In this document: one piece after another, positions 41,775-50,817 of the stretch
Layout: each line of letters begins with the position of its first letter
How positions within the stretch are numbered: position 1 is the stretch's first letter
Assembly: GCA_046724435.1 (NCBI GenBank)
Contig: JBKOWN010000070.1
Span: 1-54,451 of the forward strand
Reading direction: 5' to 3'
Origin: Actinomycetota bacterium
GTDB lineage: Bacteria; Actinomycetota; Acidimicrobiia; IMCC26256; JACDBD01
DNA: 54,451 bases
Program-made: the position numbers and the translations under genes
The notes under the pieces: generated by a model
Databases searched by the model: none
What the model saw: the letters and a program-made list of their open reading frames with translations, nothing else
What the model was told of the DNA's origin: nothing

Positions 41775-42881
41775 GTGAGGGCCACGGACAGCGACCTGAT
41801 CGCCCGGGCGGTGGACCTGGGCGAGCACGGCCGCCGGACCGCGTCCCCGAACCCCTGGGTCGGCTGTGTCGTCGTCGACGAGCAGGGTGCGATCGCCGGC
41901 GAGGGGTGGCACCGACGCCCAGGGACCCCACACGCCGAAGCCCACGCGCTCGAGGCGGCGGGGGAGCGGGCCCGCAACGGCACCGCCTACGTCACGCTCG
42001 AGCCCTGCGCCCACCAGGGGCGCACGCCGTCGTGCGCAGACGCCTTGATCGCGGCCGGCGCCCGTCGGGTCGTGGTCGCGCTCGAGGACCCGGACACACG
42101 GGTGTCCGGCCGGGGGCTGGCACGGCTCCGCGCCGCCGGGCTCGACGTCGAGGTCGGGCCGGGCGAGGCAGCAGCCCGCCGGTCGCTCGCGGCGTACCTG
42201 CACCACCGTCGCACCGGCCGGGCCTGGTGCCTGGTCAAGACGGCGATGAGCCTCGACGCCAAGACGGCGACGGCCGACGGCTCGTCGCGCTGGATCACCG
42301 GCGTCGCCGCACGCGCCGACGCCCATCGTCTGCGGGCCGAGTCTCAGGCGGTCGTGATCGGGGCCGGAACCGCGCTCGCCGACCATCCCTCGCTCACGGC
42401 TCGCGACGTCGACCCACCGGCCGCCGGCCAGCCGCTGCGCGTTCTCCTGGATGCCCGCGGCCGCGTCCCCGCATCCGGGCCCCTCTTCGACGTCGCGCTG
42501 GCGCCCACGCTGGTCGTCACCACCGAAGCCGCTCCGTCCGAGGCGGTGGACGCCTGGCGAGCCGCGGGCGCGAAGGTCGAGACCGTCCCGGCCGCCCCGG
42601 GAGGCGTCGACCTCGAAGCGACTCTCGACCTCCTCGGCCGCCGAGACGTCCTCCAGGCGATGGTCGAGGGTGGCGCGACCGTGCACCACGCGCTGCTCGC
42701 CGCCGGGTTGGTCGACCGGCTCGTCGCCTACGTCGCGCCGAAGGTTCTCGGTCCGGGAGCGCTTCCCGCGTTCGGTCCGCCCGATGTCGACACGATCGCC
42801 GACGCCGACGCGTGGCGGTTGCTGTCCGCGACGCCCATCGAGGACGACGTCCGCCTCGAGTACGAACCCGAGGACGGCTGA
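41775..42881 (+). CDS. ribD: bifunctional diaminohydroxyphosphoribosylaminopyrimidine deaminase / 5-amino-6-(5-phosphoribosylamino)uracil reductase
   Basis: GTG start behind GAGGTG. Deaminase zinc motifs 'HAEAHALEAAG' and 'TLEPCAHQGRTPSCADAL'. Reductase C-domain. Confidence 0.94.
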   Translation: MRATDSDLIARAVDLGEHGRRTASPNPWVGCVVVDEQGAIAGEGWHRRPGTPHAEAHALEAAGERARNGTAYVTLEPCAHQGRTPSCADALIAAGARRVVVALEDPDTRVSGRGLARLRAAGLDVEVGPGEAAARRSLAAYLHHRRTGRAWCLVKTAMSLDAKTATADGSSRWITGVAARADAHRLRAESQAVVIGAGTALADHPSLTARDVDPPAAGQPLRVLLDARGRVPASGPLFDVALAPTLVVTTEAAPSEAVDAWRAAGAKVETVPAAPGGVDLEATLDLLGRRDVLQAMVEGGATVHHALLAAGLVDRLVAYVAPKVLGPGALPAFGPPDVDTIADADAWRLLSATPIEDDVRLEYEPEDG

Positions 42882-42882
42882 C

Positions 42883-43491
42883 GTGTTCACGGGGATCATC
42901 GAGGAGCTCGGGAGTGTCCGCGCGATCGACCGCCGCGAAGGGGGAGCGCGCCTCGAGATCGCGGCCACGAAGGTCCTCGCCGACGCCCGCGCCGGCGACT
43001 CGATCGCGGTGAGCGGTTGCTGTCTGACCGTCGTCGATCGCGGCGACGGCTGGTGGGCTGCCGACGCCGTCATCGAGACTCTGGAGCGCACCACGCTCGG
43101 CTCGCTCGAACCGGACGACCCGGTGAACCTGGAACGACCGGTGCGTTTGTCCGACCATCTCGGCGGCCATCTCGTGCAGGGCCACGTCGACGCCGTCGGG
43201 CACGTCGCCGGCCGGACGCAGCTCGCGGACGGGTCGACGCGCTTCACGTTCTCGGCGCCACCCGACGTGCTCCGCTACGTGGTGGAGAAGGGCTCGATCG
43301 CGGTCGACGGGATCAGCCTCACGGCGGCCTCGCTCGGCGACGATGCCTTCGACGTAGCCGTCATCCCGCACACGCTCGCCGTCACGACGTTGGGGCACAA
43401 GCGTCCGGGCGCGGCGGTGAACCTCGAAGCCGACCTGGTCGCCAAGTACGTCGAGCGCCTCCTCGTACCCACCTCCCGCGAAGGGAATTGA
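42883..43491 (+). CDS. ribE: riboflavin synthase (alpha chain)
   Basis: GTG 42883. '[12 protein letters not shown]' and a duplicated lumazine-binding repeat ('[11 protein letters not shown]', '[10 protein letters not shown]'). Confidence 0.93.
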   Translation: MFTGIIEELGSVRAIDRREGGARLEIAATKVLADARAGDSIAVSGCCLTVVDRGDGWWAADAVIETLERTTLGSLEPDDPVNLERPVRLSDHLGGHLVQGHVDAVGHVAGRTQLADGSTRFTFSAPPDVLRYVVEKGSIAVDGISLTAASLGDDAFDVAVIPHTLAVTTLGHKRPGAAVNLEADLVAKYVERLLVPTSREGN

Positions 43492-43493
43492 CG

Positions 43494-44720
43494 ATGCCGT
43501 TCACCACGATCGAGAACGCGATCGACGCGATTGCGGGCGGCGAGGCCGTTGTCGTCGTCGACGACGCCAACCGCGAGAACGAGGGCGATCTGATCATCGC
43601 GGCGGAGAAGACGACGCCCGAGACGATGGGCTTCATGGTCCGCCACACCAGCGGCGTGATCTGCATGCCGCTCGAGGGCACCCGCCTCGACGAGTTGCAG
43701 CTGCCGATGATGGTCGCCGAGAACACGACCGCCTACCGCACCGCGTTCACGGTCTCGGTCGACGCGAAACTCGGCACGACCACGGGCATCTCCGCCGCCG
43801 ACCGGGCGACGACCGTGCAGGCGCTCATCGACCCGGAGACCCGGCCCGATGACCTTGCCCGCCCCGGGCACATCTTCCCGCTGCGGTACCGGGAGGGAGG
43901 CGTGCTCAAGCGCGCCGGCCACACGGAAGCGGCCGTCGACCTCGCCCGCCTCGCCGGCCTCTCGCCCGCCGGCGTGCTGGCGGAGGTGGTCAACGACGAC
44001 GGAACCATGGCCAGGCTGCCCGAGCTCGAACGCTTCGCCGCCGACCACGGCCTCGCGATGATCTCGATCGCCGACCTCATCCGGTATCGGCGCCATCGGG
44101 AGAAGCTCGTGCGCCGAATCTCGGAGGCGCGCATCCCGACCAAGTACGGCGAGTTCACCGCCTACGTGTTCGAGTCGCTGCTCGACGGCACCGAGCACAT
44201 GGCGTTCGTGCGCGGTGAGGTCGCCGGGAAGTCGAACGTGCTCGTGCGCGTCCACTCCGAGTGCCTGACCGGTGACGTGTTCGGTTCGATTCGCTGTGAC
44301 TGCGGCCTGCAGCTCGATTTGGCGCTCGAGCGCGTAGCGGAAGAGAACGAAGGGGTGATCGTCTACCTCCGCGGGCACGAGGGGCGGGGGATCGGGCTCG
44401 GCCACAAGCTGCGTGCATACACACTCCAGGATCAAGGCCGCGACACCGTCGAAGCCAACGTCGAGCTCGGCTTTCCCATCGACTCGCGCGAGTACGGCAT
44501 CGGGTCACAGATCCTCGTCGACCTCGGCATCACCACGATGCGAGTCATGACGAACAACCCCGCGAAGTACGGAGGGCTCGAGGGCTACGGCCTCGAGATC
44601 GTCGAACGGGTCCCGCTCCGGTCCCGACCGACCGACGAGAACATCGCTTACCTGCGCGCCAAGCAGGAGAAGATGGGCCACCTCCTGGAAATCGAGGACG
44701 AGGGATTGGGCCGCTGTTAG
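43494..44720 (+). CDS. ribBA: bifunctional 3,4-dihydroxy-2-butanone-4-phosphate synthase / GTP cyclohydrolase II
   Basis: ATG 43494. '[19 protein letters not shown]' (DHBP synthase) and '[20 protein letters not shown]' (GCH II zinc site). Confidence 0.95.
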   Translation: MPFTTIENAIDAIAGGEAVVVVDDANRENEGDLIIAAEKTTPETMGFMVRHTSGVICMPLEGTRLDELQLPMMVAENTTAYRTAFTVSVDAKLGTTTGISAADRATTVQALIDPETRPDDLARPGHIFPLRYREGGVLKRAGHTEAAVDLARLAGLSPAGVLAEVVNDDGTMARLPELERFAADHGLAMISIADLIRYRRHREKLVRRISEARIPTKYGEFTAYVFESLLDGTEHMAFVRGEVAGKSNVLVRVHSECLTGDVFGSIRCDCGLQLDLALERVAEENEGVIVYLRGHEGRGIGLGHKLRAYTLQDQGRDTVEANVELGFPIDSREYGIGSQILVDLGITTMRVMTNNPAKYGGLEGYGLEIVERVPLRSRPTDENIAYLRAKQEKMGHLLEIEDEGLGRC

Positions 44721-44735
44721 CCTCGTATTGACGTT

Positions 44736-45218
44736 ATGGGCACGTACTCGGAGTACGAAGGAAAGCTCGACGCCAGCGGCATGCGCTTGGCGGTCGTCGC
44801 GAGTCGCTTCAACGACGACGTCACCAAGCTGCTGCTCGACGGCGCGCGGCAGGAGCTCGGCGACCACGGGCTCGACCCCGACACGGTGCCGGTGGCCTGG
44901 GTCCCGGGTGCGTTCGAGATCCCGCTCGTGGCGAAGCGGCTCGGCGAGTCGGGTGAGTTCGACGCCGTCATCTGTATGGGCGCTGTGATCCGGGGTGACA
45001 CACCGCACTTCGACTTCGTCGCCGGCGAGTGCGCGGCGGGAATCAACCGGGTCGCTCTCGACACGGGTGTTCCGATCGCCTTCGGCGTGCTCACCACGGA
45101 TGACCTGGACCAGGCTCTCGCCCGCGCCGGGGGGACCGAGGGCAACAAGGGCGCCGAGGCGGCCGCCACCGCTGTCGAGATGGTCGATCTGCTGCGGCAG
45201 CTCGGGAAGCAGGCCTGA
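44736..45218 (+). CDS. ribH: 6,7-dimethyl-8-ribityllumazine synthase
   Basis: 160 aa. 'VASRFNDDVTKLLLDGA' and 'WVPGAFEIPLVA'. Confidence 0.95.
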   Translation: MGTYSEYEGKLDASGMRLAVVASRFNDDVTKLLLDGARQELGDHGLDPDTVPVAWVPGAFEIPLVAKRLGESGEFDAVICMGAVIRGDTPHFDFVAGECAAGINRVALDTGVPIAFGVLTTDDLDQALARAGGTEGNKGAEAAATAVEMVDLLRQLGKQA

Positions 45219-45220
45219 GC

Positions 45221-46096
45221 GTGCTGCGGGTGGTGCTCCCGAAGGGCTCACTCGAGCAGGCGACGATGCAGCTGTTCGAGGACGCCGACCTGGCGGTGAG
45301 TCGCAGCTCGGGCGTCGACTACCGGGCGTCGATCGACGACCCGCGCGTCGCCGATGTCCGGATCCTGCGGCCCCAGGAGATCCCCCGTTACGTCGCCGAC
45401 GGGCTCTTCGACCTGGGCGTGACGGGTCGCGACTGGGTCGAGGAGACCGGAGCCGACGTCGTGACGCTGACGGAGCTGCACTACTCGAAAGCGACCGCTC
45501 GCCCCATCAACGTCGTGCTCGCGGTGGCAGCCGACGCGCCGTATCGAGCCGTCACCGACCTGCCCGCAGGGGTGCGCATCCACACCGAGTACCCCGAGCT
45601 GACCCGCCGCTTCTTCGAGAAGCACGGTGTCGACGCCGAGATCTCGTTGTCATACGGCGCGACCGAGGCCAAGGTGCCGGAGATCGCGGACGCGGTCGTC
45701 GAGATCACAGAGACGGGCCGCGCCTTGCGCGCTGCCGGGCTGAGGGTGCTCGACACGATCCTCGTGTCGCACACCGAGCTGATCACCAACCCCGAGGCGC
45801 ACGCCGATCCGGAACGCCGCAAGGCGATGGAGCAGATCGAGACCCTCCTCACTGGTGCGCTCGAAGCGCGCGGCCGCGTGCTCGTGAAGCTCAACGTCGA
45901 GGAGGAGCGCCTCGACGATGTGATCGCGTTCCTCCCGGCGTTACGGTCCCCGACGGTGTCGAAGCTGGCGGGCGACGGGGGCTACGCGGTCGAGACCGTC
46001 GTTGCCAAGTCGGAGATCAACACGCTCATCCCCGCGCTGAAGGACCAGGGCGCCACCGGCATCATCGAGCTGCCGATCGCCAAGATCGTCCATTGA
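45221..46096 (+). CDS. hisG: ATP phosphoribosyltransferase (long form with C-terminal regulatory domain)
   Basis: GTG start 2 nt after ribH. 'LRVVLPKGSLEQ' and 'DLGVTGRDWVEE'. 291 aa. Confidence 0.92.
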   Translation: MLRVVLPKGSLEQATMQLFEDADLAVSRSSGVDYRASIDDPRVADVRILRPQEIPRYVADGLFDLGVTGRDWVEETGADVVTLTELHYSKATARPINVVLAVAADAPYRAVTDLPAGVRIHTEYPELTRRFFEKHGVDAEISLSYGATEAKVPEIADAVVEITETGRALRAAGLRVLDTILVSHTELITNPEAHADPERRKAMEQIETLLTGALEARGRVLVKLNVEEERLDDVIAFLPALRSPTVSKLAGDGGYAVETVVAKSEINTLIPALKDQGATGIIELPIAKIVH

Positions 46097-46305
46097 CCCG
46101 ACGCCCCCGCGGAAGAGTTCGCACGTTCGACGAGCGCCGCGGCTTGGGGGAGATCGAATCGGACGACGGGACGACGTTCTCGTTCCATTCCACCGCGATC
46201 GCGAACGGGGCGCGACGGATCTCGCCGGGGACGCCGGTCGAGTTCGACGTCGTCGCGGGGCTCCCCGGTCGTTGGGAAGCAGCCCGGATCGAGGAATGCG
46301 CTTAG
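46093..46305 (+). CDS. small cold-shock-domain-like protein (divergent RNP motifs)
   Basis: TTG 46093 overlaps the hisG TGA (TTGA). 70 aa. 'GRVRTFDERRGLGEIESDDGTTFSFHSTAI...GTPVEFDVV' aligns in pattern with CspA 'GxVKWFNxxKGFGFIxxxxGxDVFVHxSAI'. Confidence 0.6.
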   Translation: MTRRPRGRVRTFDERRGLGEIESDDGTTFSFHSTAIANGARRISPGTPVEFDVVAGLPGRWEAARIEECA

Positions 46306-48104
46306 CGCTTGCTGCGTTGGTGGGCGGGGCCGGCGAGGCGTGAGAGGTTGAAGCCGCTGTTGACCAGGGCGACGTGGGTGAACGCCTGCGGGAAGTTCCC
46401 GAGGTGCCGTCGCGACTCTGGGTCGTACTCCTCGGCGAGGAGGCCCACGTCGTTCGCGAGCCCGATCAACCGTTCGAACAGCGCTCGTCCCTCGTCGACG
46501 CGCCCCATCAGCGCGAGGTTGTCCGCCATCCAGAACGTGCACGGGAGGAACACGCCCTCGCCCGGTGGGAGTCCGTCGACGGCAACGTCGGTCGAGTACC
46601 GCCTCACGAAGCCGTCGGAGGTCAGCTCGCGCTGGATTGCTGCGACCGTGCCTTGCATCCGCTCGTCGGTCGCGGGGAGAAAGCCCACCAGCGGCATCAT
46701 CAGCAGGGCGGCGTCGAGGTTGGACGAGCCGTAGGCCTGGACGAACGTCTTGCGGTCGGTGTCGTACGCCTTGGCGCACACCTCGGCGTGGATCTCGTCT
46801 CGGATTGCCGCGAACCGGGTGGCAGCGTCGATGTCGTCCTGGGTGCCGAACTCGTGCAACCCGCGGACAGCGCGGTCGAACGCGACCCACGCCATGACCT
46901 TCGAATGGGTGAAGTGCTGGCGGGGTCCGCGCACCTCCCAGATGCCCTCATCCGGCTGTTTCCAGGCGTCCTCGAGGAAATCGAGGAGGGCCAGGATCAA
47001 GTCGAGGGCGTGGAGGTCCCGGTCGACGATGGCGCCGCGACGGCTCTCATACAGCGCGTCGATGACCTCGCCGTACACGTCGAGCTGGAACTGCTCGGAA
47101 GCCGCGTTGCCGACGCGCACCGGCTTCGACCGCTGGTACCCGGGCAGCCAGGGAACCTCCCACTCCGTGAGCCGGCGCTCGCCGGCCGGGCCGTACATGA
47201 TCTGCAGCTCGTCGGGCTCACCGGCGGTGGCGCGCAGGAGCCACCCGCGCCACGCCTTCGCCTCCGCCTCGTACCCGGCGTGCAGAAGGCAGAGAAGCGT
47301 GAACGTGGCATCACGAAGCCAGCAGAACCTGTAGTCCCAGTTGCGGACGCCGCCGATCCACTCTGGCAGCGAGGTGGTGGGCGCGGCCACGATCCCGCCC
47401 GTCGGGGCATACGTGAGCGCTTTGAGCGTGATGACCGACCGCTGCACCGCTTCGGGGTAGTCGCCGTCGTAGGTCCACTTCTTCGACCAGTTGTGCCACC
47501 ACGATTCGGTCCGGCTCAAAGACCAGGCCGTGTTCCGCGGACGTGGCACGTCTCGATGCGACGGGTACCACGCGAGGCTGAAGGGAACACGCTGGCCGGC
47601 ACGGACGGTGAAGTCGGCGACGGTCGAGTGCCCGACGCCTCTCGTTTCGACCGGTGCCCGCAGCACGAGGGCGTCGGGCCCCGCCACGGCCACCAGCGCG
47701 CCTCCGATGTTGCGCACCCAGGGGATGGTGTGCCCGTAGTCGAACCGAATCGTCAGGTGCATCTGCATCGGCACCTCACCGCGCAGCCCCTCGACGATCC
47801 TGACCACGTCGACCGTCTGATCACGAATCGGCATGAAGTCGATGATCCGCACTGCGCCTTCCGGCGTCTCGAACTCGGTCTCGAGCACCAGCGTGTGATC
47901 GCGGTACCGCCGGCGAGTTGCGCGCCCGCCGGCGGCAGGTGCGAGCAACCAGTGCCCGTAGTTCTCGTCGCCCAGGAGAGCTGCGAAGCAGGCGCCGCTG
48001 TCGAAACGCGGCGCGCACATCCAGTCGACCGAGCCGTCGTCGCCGATGAGCGCGGCGGTCTGGGTGTCTCCGACCATGGCGTACTGCTCGATGCGCGACG
48101 GCAC
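46302..48104 (-). CDS. glycoside hydrolase family 15 protein (glucoamylase/trehalase-like)
   Basis: 600 aa. N-terminal 'IEQYAMVGDTQTAALIGDDGSVDWMCAPRFDSGACFAALLG' and (alpha/alpha)6 core 'NWDYRFCWLRDATFTL' are typical of bacterial GH15. Confidence 0.88.
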   Translation of the reverse strand: MPSRIEQYAMVGDTQTAALIGDDGSVDWMCAPRFDSGACFAALLGDENYGHWLLAPAAGGRATRRRYRDHTLVLETEFETPEGAVRIIDFMPIRDQTVDVVRIVEGLRGEVPMQMHLTIRFDYGHTIPWVRNIGGALVAVAGPDALVLRAPVETRGVGHSTVADFTVRAGQRVPFSLAWYPSHRDVPRPRNTAWSLSRTESWWHNWSKKWTYDGDYPEAVQRSVITLKALTYAPTGGIVAAPTTSLPEWIGGVRNWDYRFCWLRDATFTLLCLLHAGYEAEAKAWRGWLLRATAGEPDELQIMYGPAGERRLTEWEVPWLPGYQRSKPVRVGNAASEQFQLDVYGEVIDALYESRRGAIVDRDLHALDLILALLDFLEDAWKQPDEGIWEVRGPRQHFTHSKVMAWVAFDRAVRGLHEFGTQDDIDAATRFAAIRDEIHAEVCAKAYDTDRKTFVQAYGSSNLDAALLMMPLVGFLPATDERMQGTVAAIQRELTSDGFVRRYSTDVAVDGLPPGEGVFLPCTFWMADNLALMGRVDEGRALFERLIGLANDVGLLAEEYDPESRRHLGNFPQAFTHVALVNSGFNLSRLAGPAHQRSKR

Positions 48105-48182
48105 AGGATCCCTTCAGGTTGCAGTCGCAGGCTCCTGCTCCTGCGCCGACGGTCGGCAGAGCCGCCGCCGACGCGGTTGACG

Positions 48183-48590
48183 CTATCCGCTCTCGTCGCC
48201 TGTTTGGTCGCCACCCGACTCTGCGCGCCGGCTGATCTCGACGTACGCGAGACGCAGTTGCGCCAACGCTTCCCGGAGCGGCTCTTGATGCCGGCCGAGT
48301 CGACCCTCCAAGCCTTCGACGAGCGCAGCGACGCCGTCGATGGCGAGCCGAGCCTCGTCGAGGTCGGGCGCTGTGCCTTCCTCGGCCGAGAGGTGCAGCA
48401 GGGCGAGCTCCCACAGCCCGATCGCGTGGTTCGCGATGATGTCCTCCACCGGCGTCTGCGCGAGTTGCTCGCGCAGCTCGCGCAGCTGCTCTCGGGCCGC
48501 CTCGTCGTCGGGCCCGCCGCCGCCGGGCGGGGCACCGCCCTGGGGCGCTTCCGGTTCGTGCTCTCCGCCCGGCGTCCAGATGCTGCTCAC
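48183..48590 (-). CDS. DUF1844 domain protein
   Basis: 135 aa, acidic. 'PVEDIIANHAIGLWELALLHL...LDEARLAIDGVAALVEGL'. It is divergent from infC, as I recall for other actinobacteria. Confidence 0.7.
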   Translation of the reverse strand: MSSIWTPGGEHEPEAPQGGAPPGGGGPDDEAAREQLRELREQLAQTPVEDIIANHAIGLWELALLHLSAEEGTAPDLDEARLAIDGVAALVEGLEGRLGRHQEPLREALAQLRLAYVEISRRAESGGDQTGDESG

Positions 48591-48833
48591 GCTGATATCC
48601 TTGCCTCTTCACATCCGAGCTGGGAAGTGGGACCGGCGTTTGCCGCTTTCCCCACCCGGCCGGCCTTCCCCGCAGTGGGTGGGGCCGAGCCCGGGTTCGT
48701 TGTCACGGCCGCCCCAGCGGTCGAGCGATGGCGGACTTCCCGAGTCCGCCATCTTCGCGTTGCACACCGAGGTGCGTGCCGAGGTTGCCGCGAGGCGGAC
48801 TCAGTCGAGCAGCGCGAGCAGCGAGGTGATCAC

Positions 48834-49415
48834 ATAGCCACAGACGACGCCAGGATCAACGACCGGATTCGAGCACGCGAGGTCCTGCTCATCGGGGCCG
48901 GAGGTGAGCAACTCGGGGTCAAGCCTCTGCCGGAGGCGCTCGCGATCGCCCGTGAGGAAGAGCTCGATCTCGTCGAGGTTGCGCCGAACGCCAATCCACC
49001 CGTTTGCCGGATCATGAACTACGGCCGGTACAAGTACGAGCAGGAACAACGGCGCAAGGAATCACGACGCAAGGCCACGAACGTCGTCGTCAAAGAGATG
49101 AAGTTCCGGCCGAAGATCGACGAGCACGACTACGTGACGAAGATGAAGCACGTCGAGCGGTTCCTGGCGGAGGGCTCGAAGGTCAAGCTGACGATCATGT
49201 TTCGTGGGCGGGAGGTCTTCCACCCGGAGTTGGGATTGCGGATCCTGGAGCGTGTCGCCGGTCAGGTGAGCGAGATCGCGACCGTGGAGTCGGCACCTCG
49301 TCAGGACGGTCGCAACATGACGATGGTGCTGAACCCGGTCAAGCGCCCGGCCCGGGCCAGAGCGGCCGCGGCGCCGCCGCCCTCGACGGGGAACGGCAGC
49401 GAAGGAGAGCAATGA
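48834..49415 (+). CDS. infC: translation initiation factor IF-3 (AUA start)
   Basis: '[28 protein letters not shown]', '[14 protein letters not shown]' and '[14 protein letters not shown]'. The conserved N-terminus begins right at ATA 48834, which is preceded by GAGGTGATC (48823-48831). The next canonical in-frame start is far inside the N-domain. Confidence 0.9.
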   Translation: MATDDARINDRIRAREVLLIGAGGEQLGVKPLPEALAIAREEELDLVEVAPNANPPVCRIMNYGRYKYEQEQRRKESRRKATNVVVKEMKFRPKIDEHDYVTKMKHVERFLAEGSKVKLTIMFRGREVFHPELGLRILERVAGQVSEIATVESAPRQDGRNMTMVLNPVKRPARARAAAAPPPSTGNGSEGEQ

Positions 49416-49609
49416 TGCCGAAGATGAAGACACACCGGGGGGCCGCCAAGCGGTACCGGGTCACGGGTTCGGGCAAGATCCGGCGCCGCAAGGCGTTTCG
49501 CTCGCACCTGCTCGAGAAGAAGTCGAGCCGGCGTACTCGCCGTCTCGGTCGAGGGGCGGAGGTCACCGGCGCCGACCGCAAGCACGTCGAACGTCTGCTG
49601 GGCCGGTAG
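49412..49609 (+). CDS. rpmI: 50S ribosomal protein L35
   Basis: ATGA overlap with infC; GAAGGAGAG upstream. '[32 protein letters not shown]'. Confidence 0.95.
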   Translation: MMPKMKTHRGAAKRYRVTGSGKIRRRKAFRSHLLEKKSSRRTRRLGRGAEVTGADRKHVERLLGR

Positions 49610-49654
49610 AGACCGCGGCGCGCTCAACCGCCGCGCACGCAGGAGGCAGCCACG

Positions 49655-50015
49655 ATGGCCAGGGTCAAGCGTTCCGTCCAGGGCAAGAAGCACCGCCACG
49701 CCGTGCTCGAGAAGGCCTCGGGCTACTCCGGCGCGAAGAGCCGCGGGTTCCGGAAGGCCAACGAGCAGGTCATGCGCTCGCTTCGGTACGCTTACCGCGA
49801 CCGGCGCGCGCAAGGGCGAGTTCCGGCGGCTCTGGATCGTCCGGATCAACGCCGCGTGCCGGCAGCACGACATCTCGTACTCGCGCTTCGTGGCGGGGTT
49901 GAAGGCTGCCGACATCGACGTCGACCGCAAGATCCTCGCCGACCTCGCGGTACACGACTCGGCTGCGTTCGGCGCGCTGGTCGCGGTTGCTCGCGAGGCG
50001 CTGCAAGCAGCCTGA
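49655..50015 (+). CDS. rplT: 50S ribosomal protein L20, reading frame interrupted (needs a +1 shift after 49810)
   Basis: 49655-49810 encodes '[52 protein letters not shown]'. The conserved continuation '[57 protein letters not shown]...' is in the +1 frame from 49812 to TGA 50013-50015. The original frame continues as Arg/Pro-rich nonsense to 50257. Confidence 0.85.
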
Positions 50016-50022
50016 GGAGCCC

Positions 50023-50817
50023 GTGCCGGCGCTGGGTCCCCGGCACCATCGAGTCCGGCGGCTTCGCGACCTCATTCGCGACCCGCGCGCTCGCCGCGCG
50101 GAGCGCGCCTTCGTCGTCGAGGGCCCGCGTGTGTTGGCAGCAGCGCTCGATCGCGGCGCCGAGCTCGAGAGCGCGTACGTCGGACCCGGAGCAGATCGCG
50201 CCTTTGCGCCGCTGGTCGAGCGGCTGCGCGACCTCGACATCCCGATCGAGGAGCTGAAGGAGGGCGTGCTCGAGCGGATCGGCGACACTGTGACCCCGCA
50301 GCCCGTGCTCGCGGTCGCAGTGATGCCCGGACCCGACCTCGACGACCTGCGCGCAGACGGACTCGTGCTCGTGGCGGTGACGGTGCGCGACCCGGGGAAC
50401 GCGGGCACGTTGCTGCGCAGCGGGGAGGCCGCCGGGGCGGCGGGAGTACTGTTCTGCGGCAATTCGGTGGACCCGCACGCCCCGAAAGTGGTGCGATCGT
50501 CGGGCGGAGCGGTGTTCGGAATCCCCGTAGTGGAGGCGGACGACCCGGTGAAGGTGCTCGACGCGCTCGGCCGGCACGGCCGGCGCCGCCTCGCGGCCGT
50601 CGCCGCCGGTGGCGAGCACTTCGAATGCGTCGATCTCACCGGATCGATCGCGCTCGTGCTCGGGAACGAGGCATCAGGGCTCCCGACCGAGCTCGCAGCG
50701 AACCTCGACGGACGGGTGACCATCCCGGTCGAACCGCCCGCCGAGTCGCTCAACGTGGGGATGGCCGGCACCGTGCTCGCCTTCGAGGCGGCCCGCCAGC
50801 GGCGAGTGGCGCGGTGA
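50023..50817 (+). CDS. TrmH/SpoU family RNA 2'-O-methyltransferase
   Basis: GTG 50023 after GAGGAG. 'FVVEGPRVL', '[11 protein letters not shown]' and '[22 protein letters not shown]' (SPOUT knot). It lies between rplT and pheS, as in other actinobacteria. Confidence 0.88.
   Translation: MPALGPRHHRVRRLRDLIRDPRARRAERAFVVEGPRVLAAALDRGAELESAYVGPGADRAFAPLVERLRDLDIPIEELKEGVLERIGDTVTPQPVLAVAVMPGPDLDDLRADGLVLVAVTVRDPGNAGTLLRSGEAAGAAGVLFCGNSVDPHAPKVVRSSGGAVFGIPVVEADDPVKVLDALGRHGRRRLAAVAAGGEHFECVDLTGSIALVLGNEASGLPTELAANLDGRVTIPVEPPAESLNVGMAGTVLAFEAARQRRVAR

Noticed and set aside
48690-48705. A tRNA-like T-loop sequence, GGGTTCGTTG, in the DUF1844-infC spacer.
   Set aside because: The flanking bases cannot form a T-stem or an acceptor stem, and no anticodon arm is present. 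None of the other intergenic gaps is long enough or shaped like a tRNA.
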